Positions 1 through 9,581 are shown, counted from the first letter of the stretch. The stretch is DNA of 27,666 nucleotides from Bdellovibrionota bacterium (GCA_044352465.1 JBILDU010000036.1:1-27666); one strand, 5' to 3'. Translations and numbers: made by a program. The notes: generated by a model from the sequence alone, not told the origin.

Positions 1-67
1 ACGATTGTATGTCGGGGCGGGTATGACAATCGGGGCCGGTTGTTCAACGGAGCGGAGGTAGTCAGCG

Positions 68-1558
68 ATGGCGCCAACCTTCACCGTTGAGCTCCAGGGC
101 CTCTCCCTCGTGGGCGAGTTAAGCCCCGACAAGCTGAAGCTGTTTATTCATGCGCAACGAAAGGCTGAGGTCTGCTTTTCGCGTGATGAGCTCCTTAAGA
201 TCTTGAGTGAGAAGGCCCCCCTCGCCGATATCATCGTCGGGGTAGTCGATGATGTGGTCGCGTGCCTTAATCGGGGAGAGCCGGTGAAAGATCGGCTCGT
301 TGCGCGGGGAACGATGCCGACTCCGGGCCGGGACGGTAAACTCGTTTTACTCGTTAAGAAGTTTACGGCGCGCGGGGAGGTACGGATCGATAAGCGGGGC
401 TACGCCGACTTTCGCGACCTGCATCTCTTTGACAACATCACGGCGGGTCAGGTTGTTGGGCGGATATACCTTCCGAAGCCGGGGGTCCCAGGTAAAGATG
501 GCATGGGTGGGGCCCTTCCAGCGGCTCCGGGGCAGCCCGCAACGGTCAATCTCGATGAGTCTTTAAAACTGGTCGCACCCTCAGCCGGAGGGGAGTATCA
601 GGCGTTGGTTGCCCAAAACGACGGCTATTTGACCGAGGAGAACGGTCGACTCCTGGTGAAAACCGAGCTTGTCATTAAAGGAGATCTAGGTCCCCATCTC
701 GGAAATATCGATTTCATCGGTAAAGTGAAGATTGAGGGGGGAGTTGCCCCCGGACTCTCGGTGAAGGCGCGCGATGGGATAGAGATCGGCGGAGGAGTCA
801 ACGGCGGGAGTTTATGGTGTTCAAGCGGGGATATCGTCGTTAAAGGTTTTTACTTCGGCGGAGAGCGGACGCAGGTAGTGTGTGGTGGTAACCTAACCTT
901 GACGGTGGCGCAGGATGTCCGTGCTGAGGTTGTGGGTAATATCATCGTTCAGCGGGAAGCGGTCGATTGTCGTTTCCGCACCCAAGCGGCGGTCATGGCC
1001 ACCCAAGGGAGTATCATCGGTGGGGAGGTCTACTCCGTCTGTGGGGTCGAAGGCCGTTTCCTCGGGAACGATTCGGGTAAAAAGACGGAATTGGTGTTGT
1101 GTAGCGATGTGGAGACAAGCACGGAGTTCTCCAAAATCGTTGTGTCTCTGGGGACGATCGAAAATGGGATGCGTTTGGTAAAGCTACATCTCGGTCCTCT
1201 GGCGGTTACCCCCGATCGAATCCAGCTTTTACGGGAACCGTATCGCTCGAAAATGGCGAAGCTCCTCGGCAAACTCAAGGAACTCGAGGATGCCCGTATC
1301 AAGCTTCTGGCCAAGAAGACGAAGATGCTCCAAAGCGCGCGCGTTAACGAAACGTTTCGGGTGAGTTACCTGGCATGGATGTATACCGGCACGACGATCG
1401 AAGCCGGGGAAAAGAAATTTGAGCCAAAGGATTCGTTACGGGGTCCCGGCTCGGTAGATTTTCTCGTTGAACGTGATGAATTTGTCGTGGGGGCCTTGCA
1501 GGGCCTTGTCTGCGTTGTGCAGCCGAATGAAGCTTCAAAACAGGGAGAAAAAACATGA
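68..1558 (+). CDS. FapA / DUF342 family protein (flagellar assembly protein A-like)
   Basis: 496-aa ORF with GGAGG upstream. Family-typical segments 'VARGTMPTPGRDG', 'ADFRDLHLFDNITAGQVVGRIYLPKPGVPGKD', 'GNIDFIGKVKIEGGV..GLSVKA', a beta-helix-like middle, 'GSIIGGEV' and a C-terminal coiled coil. Confidence 0.85.
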   Translation: MAPTFTVELQGLSLVGELSPDKLKLFIHAQRKAEVCFSRDELLKILSEKAPLADIIVGVVDDVVACLNRGEPVKDRLVARGTMPTPGRDGKLVLLVKKFTARGEVRIDKRGYADFRDLHLFDNITAGQVVGRIYLPKPGVPGKDGMGGALPAAPGQPATVNLDESLKLVAPSAGGEYQALVAQNDGYLTEENGRLLVKTELVIKGDLGPHLGNIDFIGKVKIEGGVAPGLSVKARDGIEIGGGVNGGSLWCSSGDIVVKGFYFGGERTQVVCGGNLTLTVAQDVRAEVVGNIIVQREAVDCRFRTQAAVMATQGSIIGGEVYSVCGVEGRFLGNDSGKKTELVLCSDVETSTEFSKIVVSLGTIENGMRLVKLHLGPLAVTPDRIQLLREPYRSKMAKLLGKLKELEDARIKLLAKKTKMLQSARVNETFRVSYLAWMYTGTTIEAGEKKFEPKDSLRGPGSVDFLVERDEFVVGALQGLVCVVQPNEASKQGEKT

Positions 1559-2091
1559 CACGGGGAAAAAATTCGTCACCGCTGAGTGGGGTCTTACCCG
1601 AGGTGAACGCCTCGATCCGTTATGCGCTCGAGCGTCGTTTCGGGGTTCTCGATGCAAACTTTTTGAGTCAGAGCCTCTCTATCCTCGAGCCGCGGGCGGC
1701 GATAACCGTTCCGGAAAATGAGTCGATCGAGGCGGTGCTGAAGGTGTTGCGCGATAATCGGGTCGGGTGTGTCCTTGTCACCGATGCCGCTGGTGTATTG
1801 ACCGGAATCTTCAGTGAGCGGGATTGTGTCCTCAAAGTCGTGGAGAATTTCGAGTCGAACAAATCCCGGCCGGTAAGCGATTTTATGACGAAGGATCCGA
1901 TCGCCGAGGGTCCCGAGACAAGTATCGCATTCGCCTTAAGTCTGATGTCCCAAGGCGGTTTTCGCCACATCCCCGTTATCAGCGCCGATCGGCATCCGGT
2001 CGGAATGATATCGGTCAAAGATGTGGTCGATTTTATCGTGACTAGTTTTATGAACGACATTATGGCGTTCTCGCCCGAACACCTCGAATAG
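1555..2091 (+). CDS. CBS-domain pair (Bateman module) protein
   Basis: 178 aa. Motifs 'RVGCVLVTD..G.LTGIFSERD', 'VSDFMTKDP' and 'GFRHIPVI....PVGMISVKDVV'. ATGA overlap with the upstream stop. Confidence 0.92.
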   Translation: MTRGKNSSPLSGVLPEVNASIRYALERRFGVLDANFLSQSLSILEPRAAITVPENESIEAVLKVLRDNRVGCVLVTDAAGVLTGIFSERDCVLKVVENFESNKSRPVSDFMTKDPIAEGPETSIAFALSLMSQGGFRHIPVISADRHPVGMISVKDVVDFIVTSFMNDIMAFSPEHLE

Positions 2092-2139
2092 GACCGTCTT
2101 TCCGTCGCTATTTCAACAGGTTGGGGTGTTTTAGGGCGT

Positions 2140-2168
2140 TTGCTTAGCGATCCGGACCAGCATATAAT
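2140..2168 (+). promoter_or_regulatory. Sigma70-type promoter for the 2237 gene
   Basis: TTGCTT (2140-2145), 17-bp spacer, consensus TATAAT (2163-2168). Confidence 0.7.
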
Positions 2169-2207
2169 TGTGACAGCATCTTGCGGCAGGTTTCGTTTTT
2201 GTAAAGA

Positions 2208-2227
2208 ACGGTTTTCTCACGGTTTTC
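2208..2227 (+). repeat. Direct repeat ACGGTTTTC x2 with 11-bp period (possible regulator box)
   Basis: Identical copies at 2208-2216 and 2219-2227. The repeat is seen directly; its function is inferred. Confidence 0.5.
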
Positions 2228-2236
2228 AACACGTGT

Positions 2237-3535
2237 GTGGGGGCGGTATCAGAGCCCACCCCGGTGAAACGGAGATTAACTGTGGCTTCAATTGCGAAAT
2301 CGATGAGCCTTTCAACGTTTAATCGCAGCAATGTGGTCGTGCTCGTCCTCATCGGGGCTGCGGTACTCGCGATGTTCTTTCTCCCCGAAATCATCGACCT
2401 CCAGCGCGCCATTTCGGGCACACCGAAATCTCCCGTGGTTGCCTCCGTTGAACGCGAGGCTCAGGAGGCCAGCAGCGACACCGTCATCGAAGCGGTCCCG
2501 GTCACGACTGCAGCATCTCCACTCGATGAAGTTCTTCTTTTGCTTGATTCGGGAAGCGACGGCCGCGCCCGGGTGGCTTTGCCGACGAGCGGCAACCTCT
2601 TTGGACTACGTGATACCGATTCCTTACCGCCCGAGAGTCCCGCCGGCGAACAAGACTTTGGTGGCGTGCTCCGTGGCCTCGGCGATGGGCCGCTCACGTG
2701 GGCTGCGATCCAGTCAGACCGCTCCGCCGACGCATTGAGAAATGCGCGCAGCGAGGCGTTAGAACTCGCGCGGAATCTCGGCCCGCGGAGCCCCAACACC
2801 CGTTACGCACTCTTCAATTTTGCGAGCGGGATCGGTACCACGCTGGATCCCAAAACGGCTAAACTGATGAAGGTCGATGATGTCATCACGTACCTCGAGC
2901 GGCTTGACCTCGCGGTGTCGCGGAGTATGTCGCGTGAGCCGATCGACCGGAGCGACTATCTCAGTTGGGCGGAGATCTCCCTTGGCCCGGTCTTCGAGGC
3001 TACCCGCCTCGGCAATCGGGAGATAAACTATACGGCGCAATTTGATCCACAGCTCACCTTGTCTTCAGTGCACGTGATGCACCGGCGTCCCGATAGCCTC
3101 CAGAATAAGAAGCAAGAGCGCGTGAACGTCGTGGCGACCGGTTTCGTCCGTGGGAAAGACGCCAAGTTCATTAAGATAATCGGCCCGAACGGGAAGGTGC
3201 GTCGGCGAATCGGCTTACCGAAAGCCGATAGCGATACGGATTATCGGTTGTTTCGAACCCCGGTGCTTGATGGTCGCCAAGATTGGACCTTCGTCGTTGA
3301 GGGCGTGGAGGGGGAGAAGTTCGAAAAGACCTATCGGTTTTACGGGCGCGCGGTGCGGTACCCGTGGGGTAAGCTCGATGATATCAATCAAAGTGGCTAC
3401 CTCTTACCTTTCCGCAATGTCTCGGCGACCCCAACCCTCTTTAATCCCCGTGAGGTCGACCGGCGGCTCGATAGCCACTTCGCCATGGAGAGCGCCGAGG
3501 TGCAATCAACCAGTCGGATTTTTGTGACCTTCTAA
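2237..3535 (+). CDS. Hypothetical membrane-anchored protein
   Basis: 432-aa ORF filling the space between two genes. One hydrophobic segment 'VVVLVLIGAAVLAMFFLP', a helical middle and a beta-rich C-terminus. Family not recognised. Start uncertain (GTG 2237 or the ATG of MSLST). Confidence 0.75.
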   Translation: MGAVSEPTPVKRRLTVASIAKSMSLSTFNRSNVVVLVLIGAAVLAMFFLPEIIDLQRAISGTPKSPVVASVEREAQEASSDTVIEAVPVTTAASPLDEVLLLLDSGSDGRARVALPTSGNLFGLRDTDSLPPESPAGEQDFGGVLRGLGDGPLTWAAIQSDRSADALRNARSEALELARNLGPRSPNTRYALFNFASGIGTTLDPKTAKLMKVDDVITYLERLDLAVSRSMSREPIDRSDYLSWAEISLGPVFEATRLGNREINYTAQFDPQLTLSSVHVMHRRPDSLQNKKQERVNVVATGFVRGKDAKFIKIIGPNGKVRRRIGLPKADSDTDYRLFRTPVLDGRQDWTFVVEGVEGEKFEKTYRFYGRAVRYPWGKLDDINQSGYLLPFRNVSATPTLFNPREVDRRLDSHFAMESAEVQSTSRIFVTF

Positions 3536-3552
3536 GCCCGGCGAGCCTCAAG

Positions 3553-4314
3553 TTAAGCGGAGCGCTCACAGATGTCGATAAGCGCGGTGAACTTCTCAGC
3601 GTGAAGACTGGCGCCACCCACGAGAGCCCCATCGACCTCTTTGATCGATAAGAGAGCTGCGAGGTTGTCCGGGGCCACGCTTCCACCGTACAGGATGCGC
3701 GGACGCGGCGTACCGTGACGCTCAAAGAGTCCTGCGATTTCAGTGTGCGCCGCTCGGATATCTCCGAGCTCAGGTATATTGCCGGTACCGATCGACCACA
3801 CCGGTTCATAGGCGACCGTGAGCGTGCCCGTAGCCGTGGGATCGTACTGCTCGAGCAACGGCTCGAGCTGCCGCGCGAGGGTCTGCGCCGCCTCGCCACG
3901 GCTTCGTTCGGCCGCGGTTTCTCCCACACAGAATATCACCGGTAATCCTTGGGACAACGCACCGAGCGCTCGGCCAGCCGCGAGATCCGGTTCTTCGTTG
4001 AAAAGAAGCCGTCGCTCCGAGTGTCCCACTATCGCGAAGGACCCGCCGCACTCCCGCACCATCGCGACCGAAATCTCTCCGGTAAAAGCCCCGTGAGGAA
4101 CCCCGCACACGTTCTGCACCCCGATTTGAAGAGGACTGCCTGCCACGGCCTCCGTGACCGCTTGGAGCATCGCGGTGGCGGGGGCGAGCCACACCGCGGT
4201 GCGGTGCAGGTTGTGACACTGCGCCGCTACCGCCGCCGCCAAACGGCACCCCTCGACGAGCGAGAGGTTCATCTTCCAATTGCCGACGAGGAGCCGGTCG
4301 AAAGGGGCGGACAT
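3553..4314 (-). CDS. tpiA: Triosephosphate isomerase
   Basis: Motifs 'GNWKMN', 'GAFTGEIS', 'IVGHSERR', 'AYEPVWSIGTG', 'ILYGGSV' and 'DGALVGGASL'. Confidence 0.98.
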   Translation of the reverse strand: MSAPFDRLLVGNWKMNLSLVEGCRLAAAVAAQCHNLHRTAVWLAPATAMLQAVTEAVAGSPLQIGVQNVCGVPHGAFTGEISVAMVRECGGSFAIVGHSERRLLFNEEPDLAAGRALGALSQGLPVIFCVGETAAERSRGEAAQTLARQLEPLLEQYDPTATGTLTVAYEPVWSIGTGNIPELGDIRAAHTEIAGLFERHGTPRPRILYGGSVAPDNLAALLSIKEVDGALVGGASLHAEKFTALIDICERSA

Positions 4315-4338
4315 CGGTTCTTTCCGTGACGATAATTT

Positions 4339-5352
4339 CTAATGCTTGCCGTTCATGATGCCGGCGAGTTCGAGCATCCGGGTCGAGAAGCCCATCTCGT
4401 TGTCGTACCACGAGACGACCTTCACGAGCCGCTTCTGTATAACCATCGTGGAGAGCGAATCAACGATGGAAGATTCGGTCGCGCCGATGTAGTCGACTGA
4501 GACGAGCGGCTCAGTCGAGTACCCGAGGATTCCCTTGAGCGAATTTTCGCTCGCACCCCGCAGGGCGCGGTTCACCTCTTCGGTGGTGACGTCGCGTTCA
4601 ACTTCGGCAACGAAGTCAACCACCGAAACGTCCGCCGTGGGTACCCGAATCGCGAAGCCGTCGAGTTTTCCGGCCAAAGCTGGAATGACCAGACCCATCG
4701 CTTTGGCAGCGCCCGTTGAGGTGGGGATCATCGACATCGCGGCAGCGCGGGCTCGGCGCAGATCCTTGTGGGGGAGATCCAGAATGTTTTGGTCGTTGGT
4801 ATAGGAGTGTACCGTCGTCATGGAGCCGCGCAGGATGCCGAAGTTCTCCAAGAGAACTTTCGCCACCGGAGCGAGGCAGTTGGTTGTGCACGACGCACAA
4901 CTCACGACGTGATGGGTATCGGGGCGATACTCGAGGTGATTGACGCCAACGACAAAGGTGGCGTCTGCATCGGGTGAGGGGGCCGAGATGATAACTTTTT
5001 GAGCACCAGCTTTTAGGTGCGCCGCAGCCTTCTCCCGCTTCGTAAAGACCCCGGAGCACTCGAGCACCGTCTCCACCCCGAGGCTCTTCCACGGCAGCGC
5101 CGCTGGATCTTTCTCCGCGGATATTCGGATCTCATCTCCGTTGACGATTATCTTGTTATCGCTGACCTCCACGCGGCCATCGAAACGGCCGTGGACCGAG
5201 TCATATTTGAGGAGGTGGGCCAGGGTTTGCGCATCGGTGAGGTCGTTGATCGCCACGATCTTAAATCGATCCTGGCCGTGTCCGGCGTAGAACTTGCGGA
5301 GGACGTTTCGTCCGATGCGACCAAAGCCATTAATTGCAAGGGGGGTAGCCAT
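4339..5352 (-). CDS. gap: Type I glyceraldehyde-3-phosphate dehydrogenase
   Basis: Motifs 'AINGFGRIGR', 'LLKYDSVHG', 'ASCTTNCLAP' and 'SWYDNEMG'. Start set at ATG 5352 because GAGGAG lies 7 nt upstream; the ORF track starts at 5358. Confidence 0.98.
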   Translation of the reverse strand: MATPLAINGFGRIGRNVLRKFYAGHGQDRFKIVAINDLTDAQTLAHLLKYDSVHGRFDGRVEVSDNKIIVNGDEIRISAEKDPAALPWKSLGVETVLECSGVFTKREKAAAHLKAGAQKVIISAPSPDADATFVVGVNHLEYRPDTHHVVSCASCTTNCLAPVAKVLLENFGILRGSMTTVHSYTNDQNILDLPHKDLRRARAAAMSMIPTSTGAAKAMGLVIPALAGKLDGFAIRVPTADVSVVDFVAEVERDVTTEEVNRALRGASENSLKGILGYSTEPLVSVDYIGATESSIVDSLSTMVIQKRLVKVVSWYDNEMGFSTRMLELAGIMNGKH

Positions 5353-5748
5353 ACTCATTCTCCTCAGATTTCGATACTGTTACTCTGGAACCTTCATCCG
5401 GGTGAAAAGGGTTTTTTTCGCAGAGAGAACCGCCGCTCTCAAAGTTTACGCCGGTCGGGACTGTCTCATTTAGCCGCCGCCGCGCGCGTCAGTCTATACC
5501 GCCCGTCACGCCGTTGTCGATGCGGACCTCAGCGCCGCAGACGGGCCGCCGTTCACTCTGGTGCCCCCCTTGCATCTATGTGATACTTCGTTAGTATTTC
5601 GGTATCTTATTGAACCGTTTCAAGAATGTCGCCCCTCACATCGTGGGCTCGCCGACCGTTGTTTCCTGCGGTGGGAGTTCGCGGTGGGAAAACGGTGCTA
5701 CCGGAATCAGCCGAGAGCCAGGGGTGAAGATAATAATGAGGGTCCCTT

Positions 5749-6474
5749 ATGCCAGAGACGATGTTAACACCAGAGAGTTTGCCGCTGACCCCAGTTGGGA
5801 TGGACCACGGTGGGGGAATCCTCGCGATGGTTATGGGGTCGGGGCTCGTTGTTCAGTCGGTCTTGCTGATTCTTATCGCGCTGTCGGTGTGGAGTTGGGC
5901 GATAACCATCGCTAAAACGCTCCATTTTCGGCGGGCGCGGGCTGAGTCGAAGGAGTTTAATGATATCTTTTGGGAGAGTCGAAACCTCACCCGCATCGAT
6001 GATTCGGCACGGCGCTTAAATGCGAGTCCGCTCGTGCAGGTGTTTTCCTCTGGCTATCGGGAATTTGGCCACGTGTTGCAGGACAAGTCTGGGGTCGGTC
6101 AGAGTGAGAGCTTGCCAACCGTCGAGCGCGCCCTTGCCCGGGCTGAGTTTGAGGAGGCGGTCAAACTTGAGCGGGGGATTACGTTTCTCGCCACGACGGC
6201 GAGTGCCGCTCCATTTATCGGTCTCTTCGGCACCGTGTGGGGCATCATGAACGCTTTCCACGGTCTGAGCGCACCGGGTGCGGCCTCGACGATTCAGGCC
6301 GTTGCTCCGGGTATCTCCGAGGCGCTCGTTGCCACCGCCATCGGACTAGGTGCCGCGATCCCCGCGGCGGTTGCCTTCAACTACTTTACGGTGGCGATGC
6401 GGCAGTTCCGCGAGTCGATGAATCGGTTTAGCGCCGATTTTCTCGAGATTGCGCGTCAAAGCATCGCCCGATAG
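5749..6474 (+). CDS. tolQ: Tol-Pal protein TolQ (MotA/TolQ/ExbB family)
   Basis: Motifs 'FLATTASAAPFIGLFGTVWGIMNAF' and 'VAPGISEALVATAIGLGAAIPA'. First gene of the tol-pal cluster. Confidence 0.95.
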   Translation: MPETMLTPESLPLTPVGMDHGGGILAMVMGSGLVVQSVLLILIALSVWSWAITIAKTLHFRRARAESKEFNDIFWESRNLTRIDDSARRLNASPLVQVFSSGYREFGHVLQDKSGVGQSESLPTVERALARAEFEEAVKLERGITFLATTASAAPFIGLFGTVWGIMNAFHGLSAPGAASTIQAVAPGISEALVATAIGLGAAIPAAVAFNYFTVAMRQFRESMNRFSADFLEIARQSIAR

Positions 6475-6483
6475 GAGGTTGAG

Positions 6484-6912
6484 GTGGCTGGAGATTTTTC
6501 ATCCGATCAAGGTGGTCCTGTTGCGAACATTAACGTCACCCCTCTGGTTGACGTCATGCTCGTGTTGCTCGTCATTTTTATGGTGACGGCGCCGATGCTT
6601 CAGCAAGGTGTTGAGGTGAATTTGCCCAAGGCGAAGACAGCGCCTCTCTCCGGTTCGAATGAGCAGGTTGTTATCTCAGTGGATAAAGCTGGAACGATCT
6701 TCATCGGGGCGGGTAATCCGATCTCGCTTGATGAATTGCCGAAGAAGGTTGGGGCGATTATGGCGAACCGTAAGCCCGAGGATCGCAAGGTCTACATCAA
6801 GGGGGATGGTGCGCTCGAGTACTCCCGCGTTATGGCGGTTATGGGGCGCCTCCATGAAGGGGGGATCTTTCAAATTGGTTTAATGTCGGCAGCCCCGGGG
6901 AACGCTCGTTAA
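6484..6912 (+). CDS. tolR: Tol-Pal protein TolR (ExbD/TolR family)
   Basis: Motif 'INVTPLVDVMLVLLVIFMVTAPM...GVEVNLPK'. GTG start with AGGAGG upstream. Confidence 0.95.
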   Translation: MAGDFSSDQGGPVANINVTPLVDVMLVLLVIFMVTAPMLQQGVEVNLPKAKTAPLSGSNEQVVISVDKAGTIFIGAGNPISLDELPKKVGAIMANRKPEDRKVYIKGDGALEYSRVMAVMGRLHEGGIFQIGLMSAAPGNAR

Positions 6913-7052
6913 GCCGCGTTTGAGCGCGGGAGCTGTGTGGAGCTTTACTTTTCGGAGCGCGGAATACGGTGGGAGGTCCTCAGTCTGTGGCGAGGAAAGT
7001 GAATGCACCCACCGAAGAGCAAGGGGTGCCGTGTCGGCGTGTGGAGGTATCG

Positions 7053-7934
7053 ATGGGTAAGGGGAGCGATCGCGCCGCGGTGCGCCGAGCGCTAGGAGAC
7101 ACCCTTGCGCAACGGGGACGCCGCTTGGCTGAGAGGAATGATCCGTTTACCTTTGGACTACTCGTCTCCTCAGCTTTACATCTCGTACTGCTGGGGCTGT
7201 TGCTCCTCAACTTTAGTGGAGCGGCCCGTCCACTCGGGCAACAGATAGTTTATTCAGTAACCCTCGAGGGGGGGAAGACGATCGGTGGCATCGGTCAGAT
7301 AGAAAAAAAAGCCGATAAGAACGTAGCTCCCCCGAAAAATCTCGCCGCTGCCGAGGCCGAGGAGCAGGTCACAAAAGACGATTCGGCGGCTGAGGTGGTC
7401 GAGGTCAAGGCTCCGGTTGTGAAGGAGGAGCGCAAGAAAGAGCCCCCCAAGAAACCTGAGCCTGAGAAAAAGAAACCAACGGAAACAAAGAAAGTTTCGG
7501 AGAAGCCCAAAGCCAAGGAGCCCACCAGCGCCGACATCAACAAGGATTACCAGAAGGCGATGCAGCGCTATCTCGGTGAATCAACGGAGTCGACCGGCAA
7601 AGGTTTCGGTGCTGCGCGTCTCGGCGGAAACGGGATGGGTGGCGGGGTGCAGCGCCCCCCGGAATTCTTCACCTACCGGCAGATTCTGCGTGACAGCGTG
7701 AGGCGCGGATGGAAGTGGTACAATACCCAAGCCTCGCTCGTAGCGTGGGTTACCTTTGATATCGCTGTCGATGGCTCCATTTCGAATGTCGCGGTAGTGG
7801 AAAGCTCCGGCAATCGCGTTTTCGACGAGTCGGTTCTCCGGGCGGTCTACAAGGCAAGCCCCCTCCCGCCTCCGCCCCCGTCGGTCTATAACGACTTTCG
7901 ATCGGTGCGACTGTCGTTCGACCCGCGCGAGTAA
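7053..7934 (+). CDS. tolA: TolA (TonB-family C-terminal domain) protein
   Basis: TM helix with the S-xxx-H motif 'VSSALHLVLL', a Lys/Glu/Pro-rich linker and a TonB_C-like end 'VVESSGNRVFDESVLRAVYKASPLPPPP'. Lies between tolR and tolB. Start set at ATG 7053 (GGAGG at 7043-7047); the ORF is open from 6969. Confidence 0.88.
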   Translation: MGKGSDRAAVRRALGDTLAQRGRRLAERNDPFTFGLLVSSALHLVLLGLLLLNFSGAARPLGQQIVYSVTLEGGKTIGGIGQIEKKADKNVAPPKNLAAAEAEEQVTKDDSAAEVVEVKAPVVKEERKKEPPKKPEPEKKKPTETKKVSEKPKAKEPTSADINKDYQKAMQRYLGESTESTGKGFGAARLGGNGMGGGVQRPPEFFTYRQILRDSVRRGWKWYNTQASLVAWVTFDIAVDGSISNVAVVESSGNRVFDESVLRAVYKASPLPPPPPSVYNDFRSVRLSFDPRE

Positions 7935-8050
7935 GTTGCACGCCCGCTGGAATCCTACGGTCCCTCATTTTGCCCCCCACGCGGGTGTGGTATGAACCAA
8001 AGTGGGGGAGGGTTCCTCCCCCCGACTTTTTTCTAAACCGTCGGGATACC

Positions 8051-9391
8051 ATGGTGCCTCGGACTTTGTTTACACCTCGCTTCGTTCGATTTTGTTTTCG
8101 TATCGCGTTGGCGCTCTGCGCTGGAGTCGGTGTTGGCCCGGATATCGCGGCCTCCCAAACCGATATCTACGTGCGGGGGTCGGGGCGGCTCTTCCCGGTA
8201 GCGCTCCCGCGCCTTTGCCTACAAGGTGGGGAGCCGGCGGTGGCGCAACAGATACCCACAGTTATGGCGCGGGATCTTGATTTGTCGGGGTATTTTCAGG
8301 TTCTCGATCCGAATACGTTCATCGAGACCCCGGGGAAGTGCGGGGATCAAACTGCGCTCGCCTACTCTGATTGGAGCGTCGTGGGGGCGGAAGGATTGGT
8401 ACGGGGGGTCGTTTCTCCGACCGCCCAAGGGGTGCGGGTACAACTTTATCTTCACGACGTCCAACGGCGGACCGTCGTTCTTGGTAAAGAGTACGAGGGG
8501 GAGCTGTCGCAGGTCCCCCGTATGGCACATAAGTTCGCCAACGAGATTATGCGTTTTTTTACCGGAGAGCCGGGGGTCTTCGGATCTCAGATCGCCTTCA
8601 CCTCACGGGTGGGGCGATTTAAAGACCTCTTTGTCATGGATATGGACGGCAGCAACGTCCGTCAACTGACCGATGAGCGCGCGCTGGCTGTCTCCTCCTC
8701 GTGGGACCGCGCCGGACGGCGGTTGGTTTTTACCTCGTATCGAAATCGTGTCCCCGATCTCTTTATGGTGGATACGTTCAGTCGGGCGATAACTCAGATT
8801 ACCCGTGGGCCCGCGCTTGAGCTTGGGGCGCAGTTCCTTCCGGAGGGCGGGGGACTTCTCGCTTCCCGGACCGTGGGGGGCAATAGCGACCTGGTGGAGC
8901 TGGGCCTCGATGGCGCGGTTTTGAGAACGGTACTTCCGGCGCGGGGGACGATTAACGTTTCGCCTCGATTCTCGCCCACGGGGGACCGGGTAGTCTTTTG
9001 TTCGAACCGTGCAGGCGGTCCGCAGATATACACGATGACCCGAGATGGTGGGGATGTGAAGCGGGTCAGCTTTGTGAACTCTAATTATTGCACCTCTCCA
9101 GCGTGGTCTCCGAAAGGGGACCGGCTGGCCTTCGTGTGCCGCGCTGATGCTGGCTTTCAGCTTTTTACGGCGGGCGTCGACGGCTCGGCTCCCCTTCAGC
9201 TCACGAGCGGCGGTGATAACGAGGACCCCGATTGGTCCCCCGACGGGCGTTACCTCGTGTTCGCTTCAACCTACGGCCACAAGGGCTCATTTGGGCTCTC
9301 TTTGATGCGGAGTGATGGAAGTAATCTGCGTGAGTTGACCCGAAGCCGTGGCGGAGATACCGAGCCAACCTGGGGCCCTCTGCCGGAATAA
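8051..9391 (+). CDS. tolB: Tol-Pal beta-propeller protein TolB
   Basis: TolB_N-like 'MARDLDLSGYF' and 'AHKFANEI..FTGEPGVFGSQIAF', plus PD40 repeats ('SPRFSPTG', 'SPAWSPKG', 'PDWSPDG'). Start probably ATG 8051; the ORF is open from 7970. Confidence 0.95.
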   Translation: MVPRTLFTPRFVRFCFRIALALCAGVGVGPDIAASQTDIYVRGSGRLFPVALPRLCLQGGEPAVAQQIPTVMARDLDLSGYFQVLDPNTFIETPGKCGDQTALAYSDWSVVGAEGLVRGVVSPTAQGVRVQLYLHDVQRRTVVLGKEYEGELSQVPRMAHKFANEIMRFFTGEPGVFGSQIAFTSRVGRFKDLFVMDMDGSNVRQLTDERALAVSSSWDRAGRRLVFTSYRNRVPDLFMVDTFSRAITQITRGPALELGAQFLPEGGGLLASRTVGGNSDLVELGLDGAVLRTVLPARGTINVSPRFSPTGDRVVFCSNRAGGPQIYTMTRDGGDVKRVSFVNSNYCTSPAWSPKGDRLAFVCRADAGFQLFTAGVDGSAPLQLTSGGDNEDPDWSPDGRYLVFASTYGHKGSFGLSLMRSDGSNLRELTRSRGGDTEPTWGPLPE

Positions 9392-9581
9392 CGGGGCATA
9401 GGCGGACCAGACAAGAGACTACTAGGCCGCCCTTCGGACCGGCTCTCGTGTGAAAAAACTTTCCAGTCGGAGTGCTTGGCTTGCTTAAAACGCCGTATCG
9501 CCGATATCGGTGATATTTTCGGTGAGAAGCCTTTTTAGACTATTGCAAACTGGGCTGTTGTAAAGTAAAAAATCCCCGTTA

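Noticed and set aside
5017..5915. ORFs 5017-5583 and 5610-5915 in the gap/tolQ region
   Set aside because: They overlap gap or tolQ in other frames, have no SD and no protein-like motifs.
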